From the NCBI GenBank assembly GCA_010015805.1, contig ML978121.1:682001-746000 (forward strand): a DNA stretch of 64,000 bases, read 5' to 3'. The stretch comes from Rhizodiscina lignyota (taxonomy: Eukaryota). A program made the translations under genes and the position numbers. The notes beneath the pieces are model-generated. The model did not search any database. It was not told the origin of the DNA and worked only from the letters and a program-made list of their open reading frames with translations. Position 1 is the first letter of the stretch, and every line of letters starts with the position of its first letter. Of the stretch, positions 11,211 through 23,779 are shown in pieces.

Positions 11211-14200
11211 ATGGCTGAAGACGCGATGCTCGACGGCCAGCCGGGCAAGTACGAAAAAGGAGAAGACTCCGGCTTGTCCGGGGAAGATGCGTCCACTTCG
11301 GCAGGACAAGAAAGGGACAAGAAGGAAGAGGTGTCACCAAAAAGGAGCTTTGGGGAGAAGGTGAAAGGAATGTGGGCGAAGACTGGATTGAATGTGCCTA
11401 CCGTTTTGCTCATGGCGAAGGGTGGACTTCCGCCTGTCATTGCGCTGGCAATGTATGAAACTACAGTACATAACGACGTGAAATTTATCTGACAGGCCAT
11501 GTAGGTTCCAATCCACTTCGGTAGCGGCGCTCTTCCCAACATTGGGCTATTTACTAGGAATTGTCTCTGTCCTTGGATTCTGCATCATGCCACGAGCGAA
11601 GTTCATCCAAACCATGTTCCTCGATGTCATCAGCGTGTGCTTGGGAACGGCAATTGGACTCCTCGAGTCGTACTGTGCCGTGAAGGCTCGCCAGCATACC
11701 ACTCCTCCACTCCCCCCTGGTGCTACCCCGCCGCTGGTACCGCCATACAACTCGTCCGCCTCTGCTGTGTGCGCTATATGGCTCTTTGTGCAGGTGTACG
11801 CCGTCAATTGCTTCCGCGCGAAGTTTCCGCAGTTCGCGTTCCCAACCATAATCTACTGCATCTTCGCCAATGTCACCTCGACGTACGCCACCCAGTTCCC
11901 AACGGTGAAATACGCAATGTCATTCGAGAAGACTCTCCTCGAAGTCTTCCTCCTCGGATTGGGCATTGCGACAGCAGTCTCCTTTCTAATATTTCCTGTC
12001 AGCACTCGCAAAACGGTCTTGAAGCAGTTTGAAGCTTACATTGGAGGCATGCGCGGTTGCTTGAAAGCCGAGGTCGCATATTTCCAAAGCCTAGAAGACG
12101 CCGAGTCTTTCCGTGCCTCGATCACACAAGCTAAAGAGGATGAGGCTGAGAGGACTCCACAAGCCAAAGCCGTGAAGGGCGCAGTGAACGCCTTGCAGGC
12201 GCAGCATGGAAAGCTGCACGGAGACCTCACTTTTGCCAAGCGCGAGATTGCGTTTGGGAAGCTTGGAGCAAACGAGCTGAAGTCGATGTTTGAGATGCAT
12301 CGGCGTTGCATCCTGCCTTTGATTGGTCTCAGCGCCGTCATCGATATTTTCGAGCACCTCAACGAACTCAACGCGATCAACGAGACTGCCCCTGAAGGCG
12401 GCTGGCAGGAGGCAGAGGAAGAGCTCAGGAAGCAAACTGTCGAGGACTGGGTGGACTATATGCGCCATCTTCATGTCAACTTTGCGGACTTTGCAGATGT
12501 CATTGACGAGGGCCTGGAGCACGTTCTTCTGGTGCTGCAGTTCAAGAAGCCAGAGAAGAAGAAGCAGAAGAAAGGCGAACCTGACGCCGCTGCGAGTGGG
12601 AACGAAGACATTGAGGAACGCGCGGAGGACACAAGGCCAGGCTCGACTGGTTTCGCCGAGTATTTGGAACGGCGCGCCAACAAGTTCCATTCGGGGAAAG
12701 AGATTGCATTGCGAACCTGGTGTGAGCACAGAGGGATCGATTTAGCACCGGACTTTTTCGGTCAGTGTTATGTGAAGCAATGTGGAGTTGTAACTTGTGC
12801 TAACTTGTCTCGCGTGACAACAGACCACCCTGCTACGGCAACATATAGTTTGCACGTCGGTGAGCAAGACGAGACCTATCAACGACACCAGATAAGGCAG
12901 CGACAGCTTTATATGCTCCTTTACGTGAGTTTCAAACTTACTCGAAGTTCTAATGGCTTTCTAATTCCTCTAGATGGAATATCTACTCCACCAGACGGCG
13001 AAATCGGTCCTCGCATACGTGCGATTCGTAGATGACGTTAAGAGTTCGGGCAAGCTTTCGAGGAAGCGCTTCCTCATGCCCGGAAAGAAGCGCATCATCA
13101 AGTGGATCCAGAGCATTTTCAAGACTCAAGATGTCCCTGATGACAACGATCATACAGGGCCTGACGTCGGGGGTAATACAAAGAGTGTCGAACTAGGTTC
13201 GGCTTACAGGCAACGCAAGGATCCTGAGCACCTGCCTCCTGAGAACTGGATCGAGAGGTTCGGCGACAATATACGTGTTATACCAGCATTCTTTCGGTCT
13301 CCCGAATCGGCCTTTGGCTTGCGCGTAGCACTCGCTACTATCTCTATTGGGATTGTGGCCTTTTTGGCCGACACACAACACTGGTTCTTAGAGCAGCGCG
13401 GCATCTGGGCTTTGATCATGGTCGCCATCTCAATGAATCCGACGGCTGGGTCCTCCATCTTTAGCTTCCTGCTCCGTGTTATCGGCACTACGTTTGCGAT
13501 GTTGGTCTCATGGTGCATCTGGTACATTCCAGATCAGAAGACGCCTGGAATCCTTGTGTTCCTATGGCTGTTCGTCACCATGGCCCTCTTTATCCCGCTG
13601 AAGAAACCGCAATTCATTATCGTCGGCATGATCAGTATTGTCACAACGTAAGAATTACCGCCCACATATACTTTGGCGATATACTGACGAGCAAATTCTA
13701 GCACCATGATTATTGGGTTAGTCCCCGTACATTCGCTTAGTCAAATATGCCATTAGCAGTTGTCAGTATGTAACTAACACGGAAATCACCTAGATACCAG
13801 ATTGAAGTCCGCAAAGTCGGGAAGCAAAGGGCCACATCGAACGGCCAACCATTTTACCCCGTTTACGAGTTTGCGCCGTACCGTCTCGCGACTGTTATCG
13901 TGGGATTGACGACCGCTTTCATATGGACCGTCATTCCATACCCCATTACGGAACACTCGCAAATACGAAAGGGTCTTGGAGGCGCCCTGTATTTGTCAGC
14001 CAACTATTACAGCATTGTACACGAGCTTGCAAACTCCCGCATCAGAGGAGACGAAGGCAACCCTGACGACAAGAAGAGCCCCGGGCACCGGTTAGAGAAG
14101 GCCCGTGTGAAGGTTTTCTCGAAGATGATGCTTGCTCTGAACGGCCTCCGTGCGTATTCTGGCTTCCAGAAGTGGGAAGTGCCAATCGGCGGCCGCTTCC

Positions 14201-14775
14201 CCAGAAAGGAGTACAACGGAATTATTAACCACGTGCAAGGCATCCTCAGCTTCATGTCTCTAGTCGCCTTCGCCTCACAGTCCTTCCGTCAAACCGAGCA
14301 AGAACCTGGGTCCCACTGGACGGAAGACTTCCGGCGGGTCATGGAGTCGGCGAATTTCACGTCGCATAATATCACGTCGTTGCTCTCGCTCATGTCTGCC
14401 GCCATCAGCGGTGGCCTGCCGTTACCGCCGTACTTGAAGACGCCGAAGCCGTATCAGCTCTCCGACAGGCTGGAGGAGATTGATAAGGACATTCTGAGCG
14501 TGCGCCATATTAATGAGCCTTGTTACGCGGCGTTTGCGGTCATTCAGATCTCGACGAGGTGCATCGTGAGGGATCTGGATCACCTCTTAACGTATGGAAG
14601 CCCCAATCTTGCTTACGACTTGTGGAAATAGAAGCTGACGATACACAGGCACGTCAAATCACTTGTGGGCGAATTGGACTTTTCTTTCCATGTCGTTAGT
14701 ACTTCCGACGACTCCTCTGAGATAACATTGTGGGAGACGGCAAAGACGGTGAGGACCCGTGAAAAGCGAGATTAA
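11211..14775 (+). CDS. Multi-pass membrane protein, FUSC/aromatic-acid-exporter (ArAE)-like, 'ER transporter 6TM' type; about 7 exons
   Basis: Two hydrophobic TM clusters (PRAKFIQ... and SAFGLRVALAT...QRGIWALIM...), AKREIAFGK, RKDPEHLPP, APYRL and C-terminal LVGELDFS. Introns join ORFs 11211, 11542, 12974 and 13900 in frame, including a 15-nt exon at 13702-13716. Confidence 0.8.
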
Positions 14776-15063
14776 ATGAATTTTACACAACCTTATCGAT
14801 CTTACTCCCCAAATGATCCTTATTGATCAATGTTTACATTTTCTCGTCTGCGTAAGTTGCCTTCTGCCGCGGATTCAAACATACTATTTCACGAATCGCG
14901 TTGCTGCTACGCAGACGCATCCGTCCATGGCGAGCTCCATTTGCCTAGAGTGTGTTCAAGTCAAACCATCAGTTGCCTCACGGCGTGTGCCCGAATTCCA
15001 AGCAGCCTCGGTGATAGATATGCCGTAAATTAACTACTTAATCCACCTAAAAATATCTAACGA

Positions 15064-16563
15064 CTAGACCAAATCTCCATATGCCTCTATGTCCCGACGG
15101 AGACGTTCCGACCAGGGTAACGGGTTGCGGCTGCAGTTGTCCAGACGTGAGTTCAGATAATTCCGCGTCATTTCAAGTGACTCCGCCATGTGCCACATCA
15201 GTAACAATCGCTGTTTAGCTCTCCAATGGTCAGGAACGTAGTCGTTGTACGTATTTATGCCCTTCTTTTCCGCAAGTTCGCAGAGATCCTCAAACATGGG
15301 GTTGACGTTATCGCTGAATCCAAGTTCAATCGCTTCGAGTCTCGGAAATCCATCGAGGCCAGTGCTGAGGAAGGAAGTCAGCGCTTCCCAAATCCGAGGC
15401 CTCTTGTCAAGCCAATTGATGGACAAACACTCCAGTGATGCTGGAAGAATGGTAATAAGATCGTCCATGTAGCCCTTCTCATCACTGCCCAAGATGTCAT
15501 AGTCGACGTGAAGGTAGTCAAGCTTATAATCTTTCAGAGAACCGATGCAGTCATCGGCGACCGTCACATCTTCCATCGGATCGTGCAAATCAATCGCCAG
15601 TACCTGAAGAGTGTGTCTGTGGGGAAAGAGCGCAGCGGCGAGCTCCTTCACTTTGAAATGAACATCTGGTGGACAGTACTCTCGGCCTCCGTAAGTGTAT
15701 TCGAAGTGTTCCAAAGCAGAACATGAGCATAGGATTGTTTGTAAGGCTCTCGTCCCCAGCCCTGAATGGATTAATTTTAAAGAAGTGATTTGGGAGAATC
15801 CACTGGAGCATTTCCACTGTTTCAAGCGGCCCGGGTGAGAGACCGTCTCGGCGTGAAGATCTTCAAACGAAGGAAGTCTGAATAGGAAGGAGAAGTCGCC
15901 AATTGAACTGGGTGCTCCGGCATCATGTCCACAAAACGTAAGTCGCTTCAGCGTCTCAAATCTATGCGGGGCGCGGCTGAGATAGACATTCCATTGCAAG
16001 GAATTGGCCATGAATGGCGCGACCCCGCTTAGAACGACATGTTCGATCCGTGGTAGATATGAAAGTAAGATCATGAGCTGTGTGTCTCCTGCTCCCCTCG
16101 CAATGGCCTTTCCGAATCTTGTATCAAAAGTATCGGCATCTCTTATGTTAGTGGGAATGATGTTGAAGTCCCCACGCTCCCAATCCGTGTCAATGATGTG
16201 TGCATTCGCTGCAGCTGAAATAAGGAAGTTGATATCGTCATTATGCGGCCGAACACGTTCAATTCTGGTGCCGGACAATGGGTGGTGGGTCTCGTCCAGG
16301 CGTATGTTGACCGTCTTGTAGTGCTTCGCATAATCGGGTCGGTTCACAATAGTTCGAAGAAATGGCAGAAGAGATCTCTCTCCGGGTAGTTGATGTACAT
16401 TTTCGTAATATTAGTAGAGAACAGGGACAACGATAGCATGCAGTGCTTTCGATGCCAAGGCAAGCTTTGCCAGAGTTGCCTGTTCCCTCCTCAAGCATTG
16501 CAGGACATCCCAAAATATGTCCGCTGGGAGGTCGTCGAGCCGAAAATGAGTCTATGGGTGCAT
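15064..16563 (-). pseudogene. F-box/LRR-like gene with two in-frame stops in its N-terminal F-box region (probable pseudogene)
   Basis: The frame of the 427-aa ORF extends upstream as MHP*THFRLDDLPADIFWDVLQCL...VVPVLY*YYENV...LPFLRTIVNRPD, with TAG at 16552-16554 and TAA at 16411-16413. It is colinear with the intact paralog at 17409. Confidence 0.7.
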
Positions 16564-17408
16564 CTGTCGCGTTCCGAATGCACTGGATAATTGATCAATT
16601 GGCAAAATTATTGAAAGAACGACGTCCTGAGAAAGAGACAAGTCGCTCAAAGACGCGTCAAACTCTGCGCTAAACTAAGAACAGCTGGACGACAGAGTAT
16701 TACTGACGCGCCTTTGCAAAGTACGGCTTCATAGATATTTACAAATGCCATGTGTGATCGCGATGAAATAAGCTATGAGATGGTGTCGACTTTCATTTAT
16801 GGACAAATAGCGCGTTTCTTCGTAGCGCGTGTAATTGTGACAAAATAGCCGATGCCGATGGAGGTCAAAGGGGTGGAACTCGAATTCAGTATTGCTCTTC
16901 AGAATAAGTGAGAGTATCTCTGAGAGTCATATTAAAACATACCTTAGCTATTGTCAATTGAGATTTTTTGCTTTGATCAATCTAATTTATCTTCACTAAA
17001 GACACTATGTATCTTCGTACCCCGGTGAATTGTAAAGAGGCTCAACTTTTTTGTCACACTAATCGCGCTCATCAATGCCTTTGCGCGACTCATTTCATTG
17101 ATTTCCCGCGTCCTTCAAATATCTCACGCGTCCAACTCCTTTACTCAATGTTTTGCATTACGGTCATCCTACTGTCCGTTTTGTCCAATTCTACATTGCT
17201 CTCTATGAGCTTCTACTTCTACTCTTCGTGAGATCGTCCCAGGCCGGGAGGACTATCCCCTCCCTCTGCTCCACCACATCTGAGATCGCCGCCTACATTC
17301 GCTTCTTCCCTGCGTTGGTATTCTTGTCCTGAACTCTCTGGACAAATATTACCAGCTTCATCGTGTGTGCGGGTTTTCGAAAAGAGTTGCTCAATCCGAG
17401 CATTGAAA

Positions 17409-18899
17409 ATGTCTCCACCTACTCTCGAAAGCCTCCCTGCGGAACTCCTGGTGGAGATCGTAGATTTCATCAACGAGGTTTCTTCTTTCGCAACTCTCGC
17501 GGCGACCTGCAAAACATTCAATCGAATTGCCACCCCATTCCTCTACGCTAGTTACACCAATGTTCGCGGCAACACTACGGGACGGTTCCTTCTATCCTCA
17601 AGATATTCGTTCAAGCCCTTCGTGAGAACTGTACTCGAGCGTCCAGACCTAGCCGCACTCTGCAAAGAAGTCGACATCAGACACTGGAGCACGTTATCCC
17701 TCATCGGTTCCAACGTGTGGGAACCGGAACCAATATCTGGTGAAGAACTCGTATTGTTCAAAAAGGGAGCTGTTGCAGCAAATATCCTCGACAGCGATAT
17801 CTATATTCATGAAAATACCGACCAAGACGATAGCAGTTCGGACGAATATATCAATTCGGACGACATGGAATTTGAAACTTCGCTCAAAAAAGGATCGGAA
17901 GACGCGTTACTGATAATTATGCTTGCGCATCTCCCTCGACTGGAAACGCTCATGTTTCGTGGGATGCCCGAAGAAGCATATAAGGGTCTTTCTTGGGATC
18001 GTTATCTCTCTCGGACGACTCACAACTTCAAGTTCCTGAAAACCCTCGTGTGTGGGAACGTCGAGACGGAAGGTGAATGGGAGCTTGGTCAAGTGTCTTT
18101 CTTCTTCCGGCTGCCCTCTTTTCGGTACTTCGTGGGGCGGAACATCAATCAGCCAAGCAGGATGAAAGACTGGAAATGTGCGCCGGGGAATTCCGCCGTA
18201 ACGACTATCTGCCTTCCAATGTGCTCCATGTCACTGAAAGCACTGAGAACTCTTATAGCATCTTGCGCCGCCTTGGAGCATTTTGAGTATGCACGAAATC
18301 TAGACATCTGGGATCCCAATCCCCTTAGGGCATCTGACGTGGTTGGAGCCTTGCTCTACTGGAAAGACACTTTGCAGCGTCTGACACTCACATTTACTGG
18401 CCGCGACGCAGAGCTTCTGGATCCCTCAAATATCGGAGACGTGCGACTCTTTTCGCGAATTACCCACCTCCATGTGGACTGGTTCCAGCTGAGAAACTCA
18501 GACGTGTGCAAACTGCTTCCCGAGTCACTAGTCCACCTTACCGTCAACGATCCCGATCCACGGGCACTCAGTGCCTTCACTAGCTTGGCAATATACGGCA
18601 GGAACAGCTGTCCTAATCTTAAGCGGGTCGAGTTTAGCTGTGATGAGGAGATGAATATAAATCGGTATGGAACCTCACACTTCAAAACGAGGGCTCCATA
18701 CAAGGAGCTGGCGGCTGCCTTCGCCAACGCTGGGATAGAACTTGGCCATTTCGACAGTGCACAGCGTCGCCGAAACCTTTTCGGTATTTCAGAGCCCTGG
18801 CAACCCCATCATAGTGGAGAGGAGACGGACTCGTACAGTGGAGAAGAAGATCTATTTGACTTGGAACTCAGTGCATATGATGATTATGGGTATGTCTAA
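17409..18899 (+). CDS. F-box domain / LRR-like protein, intronless
   Basis: N-terminal F-box-like motif LESLPAELLVEIVDFI...LAATCKTFNRIATPFLY, followed by LxxLxL repeats (LPRLETLMF, LEHFEY, LQRLTL, LVHLTV, LKRVEF). Confidence 0.8.
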   Translation: MSPPTLESLPAELLVEIVDFINEVSSFATLAATCKTFNRIATPFLYASYTNVRGNTTGRFLLSSRYSFKPFVRTVLERPDLAALCKEVDIRHWSTLSLIGSNVWEPEPISGEELVLFKKGAVAANILDSDIYIHENTDQDDSSSDEYINSDDMEFETSLKKGSEDALLIIMLAHLPRLETLMFRGMPEEAYKGLSWDRYLSRTTHNFKFLKTLVCGNVETEGEWELGQVSFFFRLPSFRYFVGRNINQPSRMKDWKCAPGNSAVTTICLPMCSMSLKALRTLIASCAALEHFEYARNLDIWDPNPLRASDVVGALLYWKDTLQRLTLTFTGRDAELLDPSNIGDVRLFSRITHLHVDWFQLRNSDVCKLLPESLVHLTVNDPDPRALSAFTSLAIYGRNSCPNLKRVEFSCDEEMNINRYGTSHFKTRAPYKELAAAFANAGIELGHFDSAQRRRNLFGISEPWQPHHSGEETDSYSGEEDLFDLELSAYDDYGYV

Positions 18900-19506
18900 T
18901 GCGCTAGACCTGTGAGCGCAAACTTGTCCAAACTCCAAGCTGTTGCTTGCGGTTTCAGTCAAGACTTTATCTGCTTCACAATGTATGTTAGCTGCATAAT
19001 ATTTGATCTGTTAGGCTTAAGGCGCTCGACATAGTCCCATTGCTTGTTGAAATTAGTGCTAATGTTGTCTTGAAGTGATGTGATACAGCTGTTTTCGGTT
19101 TAGCGCAGAGCTGCATGCGTCGTGGCCATATAATGACTATCTACGACGTAGACAGACCACCACTCTCCAACTGACATAAGTATGTAATCGACGGCTAGTT
19201 AGTTCGGCCATTTTCAAAGTGTGTCGCTTCCCTCGCCTTCATTCGGTCTCTATTTATGTGTCCGGAATGCTTCCTGGGTCACCCGCTTTCCACCATGGTG
19301 TTTCTCCGCGGCGTTCTAATTTCGTACAAATTCAGGAGAATCGCATTCTGCAAAAGGGAAAAGCAGGGATTTTGATGGACTTTGATACTTCAGCCACCTT
19401 GGACATTTTCAACAGACGAGCTATTCTACGGAGTTGATAAAAATTGTGGCTTTATTAGGGATCGAACACCTGTTTCGAGAGGAACGACGTCTCTTTACAG
19501 TTCAAT

Positions 19507-20614
19507 ATGGGATCTCCTATTCAGAAGTCTATTCGTCTCCTCCAATCTACATACCCATGGACATCCCACCCCATAGTTGTCGGTGCTCCCATGCGCATCC
19601 TCTCCGGCCCAGCGCTCGCAGTTGCCGTATCTCACGCCGGAGGCATTGGCTTCATCGGCCCCGGTGCGAAGCCCACAGACCTTGAGCCGGCACTCAAACA
19701 AGCCTCTTCACTTATATCTCAATCCACTCACCTATCCAAGCACATAAACAAGGGATCAAAGCTGCTGCCTATAGGCATCGGCTTCCAAACATGGGCTGGC
19801 TCTTTGGCCACCGCAGCCCGCATTCTCTCCGACCCTTCCATTCAACCCGCAGCCGTATGGCTGTTTGCGCCACGACACGGCCAGAACGAACTAGATGAGT
19901 GGTCCGAGGCAATCTGTTCTGCCTCGCCCGACACACAGATATGGATCCAAGTTGCGTCTGTAAGCGACGCGCTCGCCGCCGCACACAGCAGTCAAAAACC
20001 GGACGTCCTAGTGATACAGGGCCATGACGCTGGCGGACATAGTCTTACGAAGGGCGCAGGAATCGTGACACTAGTTGCCCGAAGTAGTAGATGCACTGTC
20101 CGGATCTGCATCGACATCATCAATCCCACTTGTTGCGGCAGGAGGCATCATAGACTCGCGCGGATACGCCGCAGCATTGACGTTGGGCGCATCAGCCGCC
20201 ACGCTCGGGACGCGCCTCCTCGCAGCATCTGAAGCGATAATAAACCCTGGATATCAAGCACACGTCCTCAGCGCCACAGACGGTGGCCAGTCAACCGTAC
20301 GCACACAACTGTACAATCATCTACGCGGGACTACAGACTGGCCAGCTCCATTCGACGCACGGGGGCTGATTAACCAGAGTTGGCGAGACCATGAGGCAGG
20401 TGTAGCGTTCGAGAAGAACAAATCGCTGCATGACGAGTTGCTGAAGAAGGACGGAGGGAAAGGAGCATGGGGAGAGCAAGGTCGGACTGCGACGTATGCC
20501 GGGACAGGTATCGGACTCGTCAGAAGCGTTAAGCCTGCGGGTGAAGTTGTTGAAGAAGTGAGGGCGGGAGTGGATAAGATTCTGGAGATGGCTGTGCAGA
20601 ATGCGAAGTTGTAA
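19507..20614 (+). pseudogene. Nitronate monooxygenase (2-nitropropane dioxygenase) family FMN enzyme, interrupted by a 1-nt frameshift at ~20074-20077
   Basis: Frame 1: PIVVGAPM, AVSHAGGIGFIG, IWIQV, LVIQGHDAGGH. Frame 2 continues PEVVDAL...PLVAAGGIIDSRGYAAALTLGA...GTRLLA...YAGTGIGLV. The frames switch at ACA CTA GTT GCCC GAA. Confidence 0.8.
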
Positions 20615-21416
20615 GCGGAGAAGATATCTTTCATTAAGCGACTAAGATACGAGCGTTTAATTTACGCTCACACATCAATCGCAGATATGCGGAAGGATCC
20701 TATCCATGAGCCGAAAAGGTGTTCGCAGATCAATCGCGCGATCGTGGACGAGCATTTCTTTTCATATGGAGAATGGTACTATATCCCATCGTCGCAATTC
20801 CATTGAAGAACATTATTTGCACATTAAAGTAATGCTAGAACATAAGCTGGAAACTAGCGCAGAATAACGTCCTTAGATTGAGTCGACACTCTCCAATCAA
20901 CTGCAGGAGTAGTACTAAAGAGCAAAATGCAAAAATTGCACAGGTAGGTGCTTCCGTGTTCGTTTCCTTTGCCGTTACGTACACCATCTTGGTAAATACT
21001 TTGGGGGCTCGAACATATCGCAAATTGCATAAGCAGTCCCTGCACAGTATCGAGGGCATGCTCATCAAGAAGGGGGATTCATCAAGGCTACTGAATAGTA
21101 GAGGGAATGGCGACGAAAATTTTCCATTTGGCAGACTACCGCCCCTCTTTCTCTATGATCGATCTAGGATATCACAATTAAAGCAGTACTTGTACTGCCA
21201 GAATACCCCCAAAAAATTAACTGCGCACAAAGCACCACCGTCTCGAGAACATAAAAAGCTGACCCCTGATCTTTTTCCAGTCTAAGCCCTCCTCCGATGC
21301 AATAATACCATTCCTAAGAGAATCACAGGACGGATGATAAACTCAGAAAAACTTATCGAGTACGACCATTCTCGCAACACCAACGTTTTGGAGAGATTGC
21401 ATATGCCAGATCGCGC

Positions 21417-22199
21417 TCATCCTTCGGCGAGCCTCTTCAGCTTCTGGTCGAGCTCCGGGGCATCGAACTTGGGCGGCGGCGTCTGTGGCTCAACAAAACT
21501 TGGCGGTGTTGTTGCAGTGGACTGAGTAAGAGCTGGTTGGAGCCCAGAGCCATGGCTGCTGCTCGGCCGCGTGCTAGGTCTTGTGGAAGGCTGCGTGCTC
21601 GTCGGCATAGGAGTGCGGACTCGAGGCGGACGATGGACATCACCATCAACAAAGCTCATCATCGACGGTGTAACTGATGTTCCAGTTTCAGTCGATGAGG
21701 CTTGGCGCGTCGTCGAGCCGGAGGATTGATCATTGAGGCCTTGTCGGTCGGACGCACTCATGATGCGGAACTTTTTCGTGTCGGAGTCGACGCAGTAAGG
21801 TATCCTGCGCTCGCTGACGTCAAACACGCCGAACTCGTTCCAGCAGTAGATCCATGTGACGCCGTCGTCCATGCGAAAGAGAACACCCCTTTTCTCGACC
21901 CCTTGCTCGTCTTTGACGATGCCCCATCTCTTGCGACCCTCGAAGTCATCCTTTAGCATGAAGCGATGAAGGATACGGCAGTACGTCAGCGGCACAGGGT
22001 TGTCGAGTTTTTCGCCGTTGTCGCTGTCGATCGCAATGAGGAACCATCCGCGCCCGGGGATATACTCGTAGTAGCCAGGGAGGGGCTTATCCCAATGCTC
22101 AATCCGACCTTTGGCCTTCTGGAGGTTTGGGGTACTCTGAGCGAACCATCGACTTGGTGTGACAAGATTTCGAAGCAGAATGTAAGGGTTCGGGCTCAT
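21417..22199 (-). CDS. Hypothetical protein, 260 aa (aromatic-rich N-terminal domain, Ser/Thr/Pro-rich tail)
   Basis: Uninterrupted ATG-initiated ORF with coding-like GC3 bias and a pyrimidine-rich 5' leader. No family recognised. Confidence 0.6.
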   Translation of the reverse strand: MSPNPYILLRNLVTPSRWFAQSTPNLQKAKGRIEHWDKPLPGYYEYIPGRGWFLIAIDSDNGEKLDNPVPLTYCRILHRFMLKDDFEGRKRWGIVKDEQGVEKRGVLFRMDDGVTWIYCWNEFGVFDVSERRIPYCVDSDTKKFRIMSASDRQGLNDQSSGSTTRQASSTETGTSVTPSMMSFVDGDVHRPPRVRTPMPTSTQPSTRPSTRPSSSHGSGLQPALTQSTATTPPSFVEPQTPPPKFDAPELDQKLKRLAEG

Positions 22200-23779
22200 T
22201 TCGAGGGAAGTCGAGTGTGGCAGGGGATGAAAAACGAAATTAAGAACTGAAAGGGAAAGAAGAGCCCAAAAACGTTAGGCGATCGTCATGATGGATAAGA
22301 GGAGTGAGATTCGTTATGACAGAACGAATTTTCAGGATTGAATCGCAACTCAAAAAGCTGGGTGGAGTGTGAGAGGAGGCGTTGGACTGAGAGGCGAAGA
22401 AGCAGAATTTTAAAGCAACGGGTCGGCACGGTGCGCTCCTCGCTACTCCGCAGTTGAATAGCAATTAGAGCTCGGAGCACGCGAGCCCCTTCTAATCCGT
22501 TCTATTGGAGGGCTGAAAGCAGGTAAACACTCACGTACGGCAGGTACGGTCACCGCGATGGCTCTGTGCTGAGCGATGATTATCGAGGCGTATCACAAAG
22601 GCAAGTTTTGCAACTCGTTATCGGCCAATGAAAAGGCGGCAGGGGGCATCGTGGGCCGGGTGAAACCGCGGATCAGACCATGCTGCAGAGGCTGAAGTGT
22701 GTTCGTTGTCGATGATGCGAGAGCGGTGAATTGTCAAGGAGTCAGAGCGCGAGCAATTGGAGAGCTTGAATGTGGTAAAATGCAAAAATGCTGGGAACGA
22801 AATGCATGCCACCCAAACGGGCTAGCTCGCGTCAACCACGAAAATCTCACCCCCTCCAGCTCGCCCAGCCCTTCTGATATATCAGCATGTGATAGCATCC
22901 GCCGCTCCGCATCGTACTACTTGATCTTGATCTTCTCGGGGAACGCGTCCCGCATCGCTTAGGTGCTCTTCCGCACTTCTCCACAAGCCTAGCACACCTA
23001 AGTCGTCCCTTCGTCATTGCCGAGGATGACAACCCCAAATTCTCCGCAAACCGCCTCGAACTTTGGTGGTGTGATGACTTGAGGCCGGAGCGAGATATGA
23101 GAAGGCAATATTGAAAGGAAGAATAGTCCATTGCCGAATACACATTTTTGCCCACCTACTACAGAGGAGGGCGCCATTATCAAATTGGTAGCATTTATAT
23201 GACTGGTGCAATTCATCATGCCGCTGCGGCTTTTCTCGCCGGAATTCTTCGTGTAATATGAGGTCGCGTGATGATGGACCACACGATCTCAGCCTTAATA
23301 TTGTTTGACTGTTTCTCGTTCATGTTGTCCGCTATTTATTTACTCCCCTCCAATTTGATTCTTTAGCGAAGCATATTGATCGTCTGATCGTATATACGAA
23401 TCCCCTTACGTGCTTGTTAGGCTATTACTACTTCATGTAAGTAGTGCTCAGAAGATCCTTTCCTGACTCCCTCCAAAGGATGCTGGCATGATCATAAGGA
23501 TTTTGGGTGCTGCTGGTAACGTTACAAAGCTTGTGTGAGACAGGGCATTGAGCTGGATTCAGGCCGCGATTGTTGTGATCCGGTATGTCTTTCCTCTGCC
23601 TCATGAATGAGGCACTGCTTTTGCCTCTCTCCATAGTGACAAGTATAAATAGATCCCCCTGGATTATATTGTGCACAGACGGCTTTGATATTGTAAAAGA
23701 GTTTCTCCTCGCTGCAACCGATTCAAGTCGTATGTCCCCTCGCTCGTATATAAGTCTGGTGCCATCATCTCTAACACAC

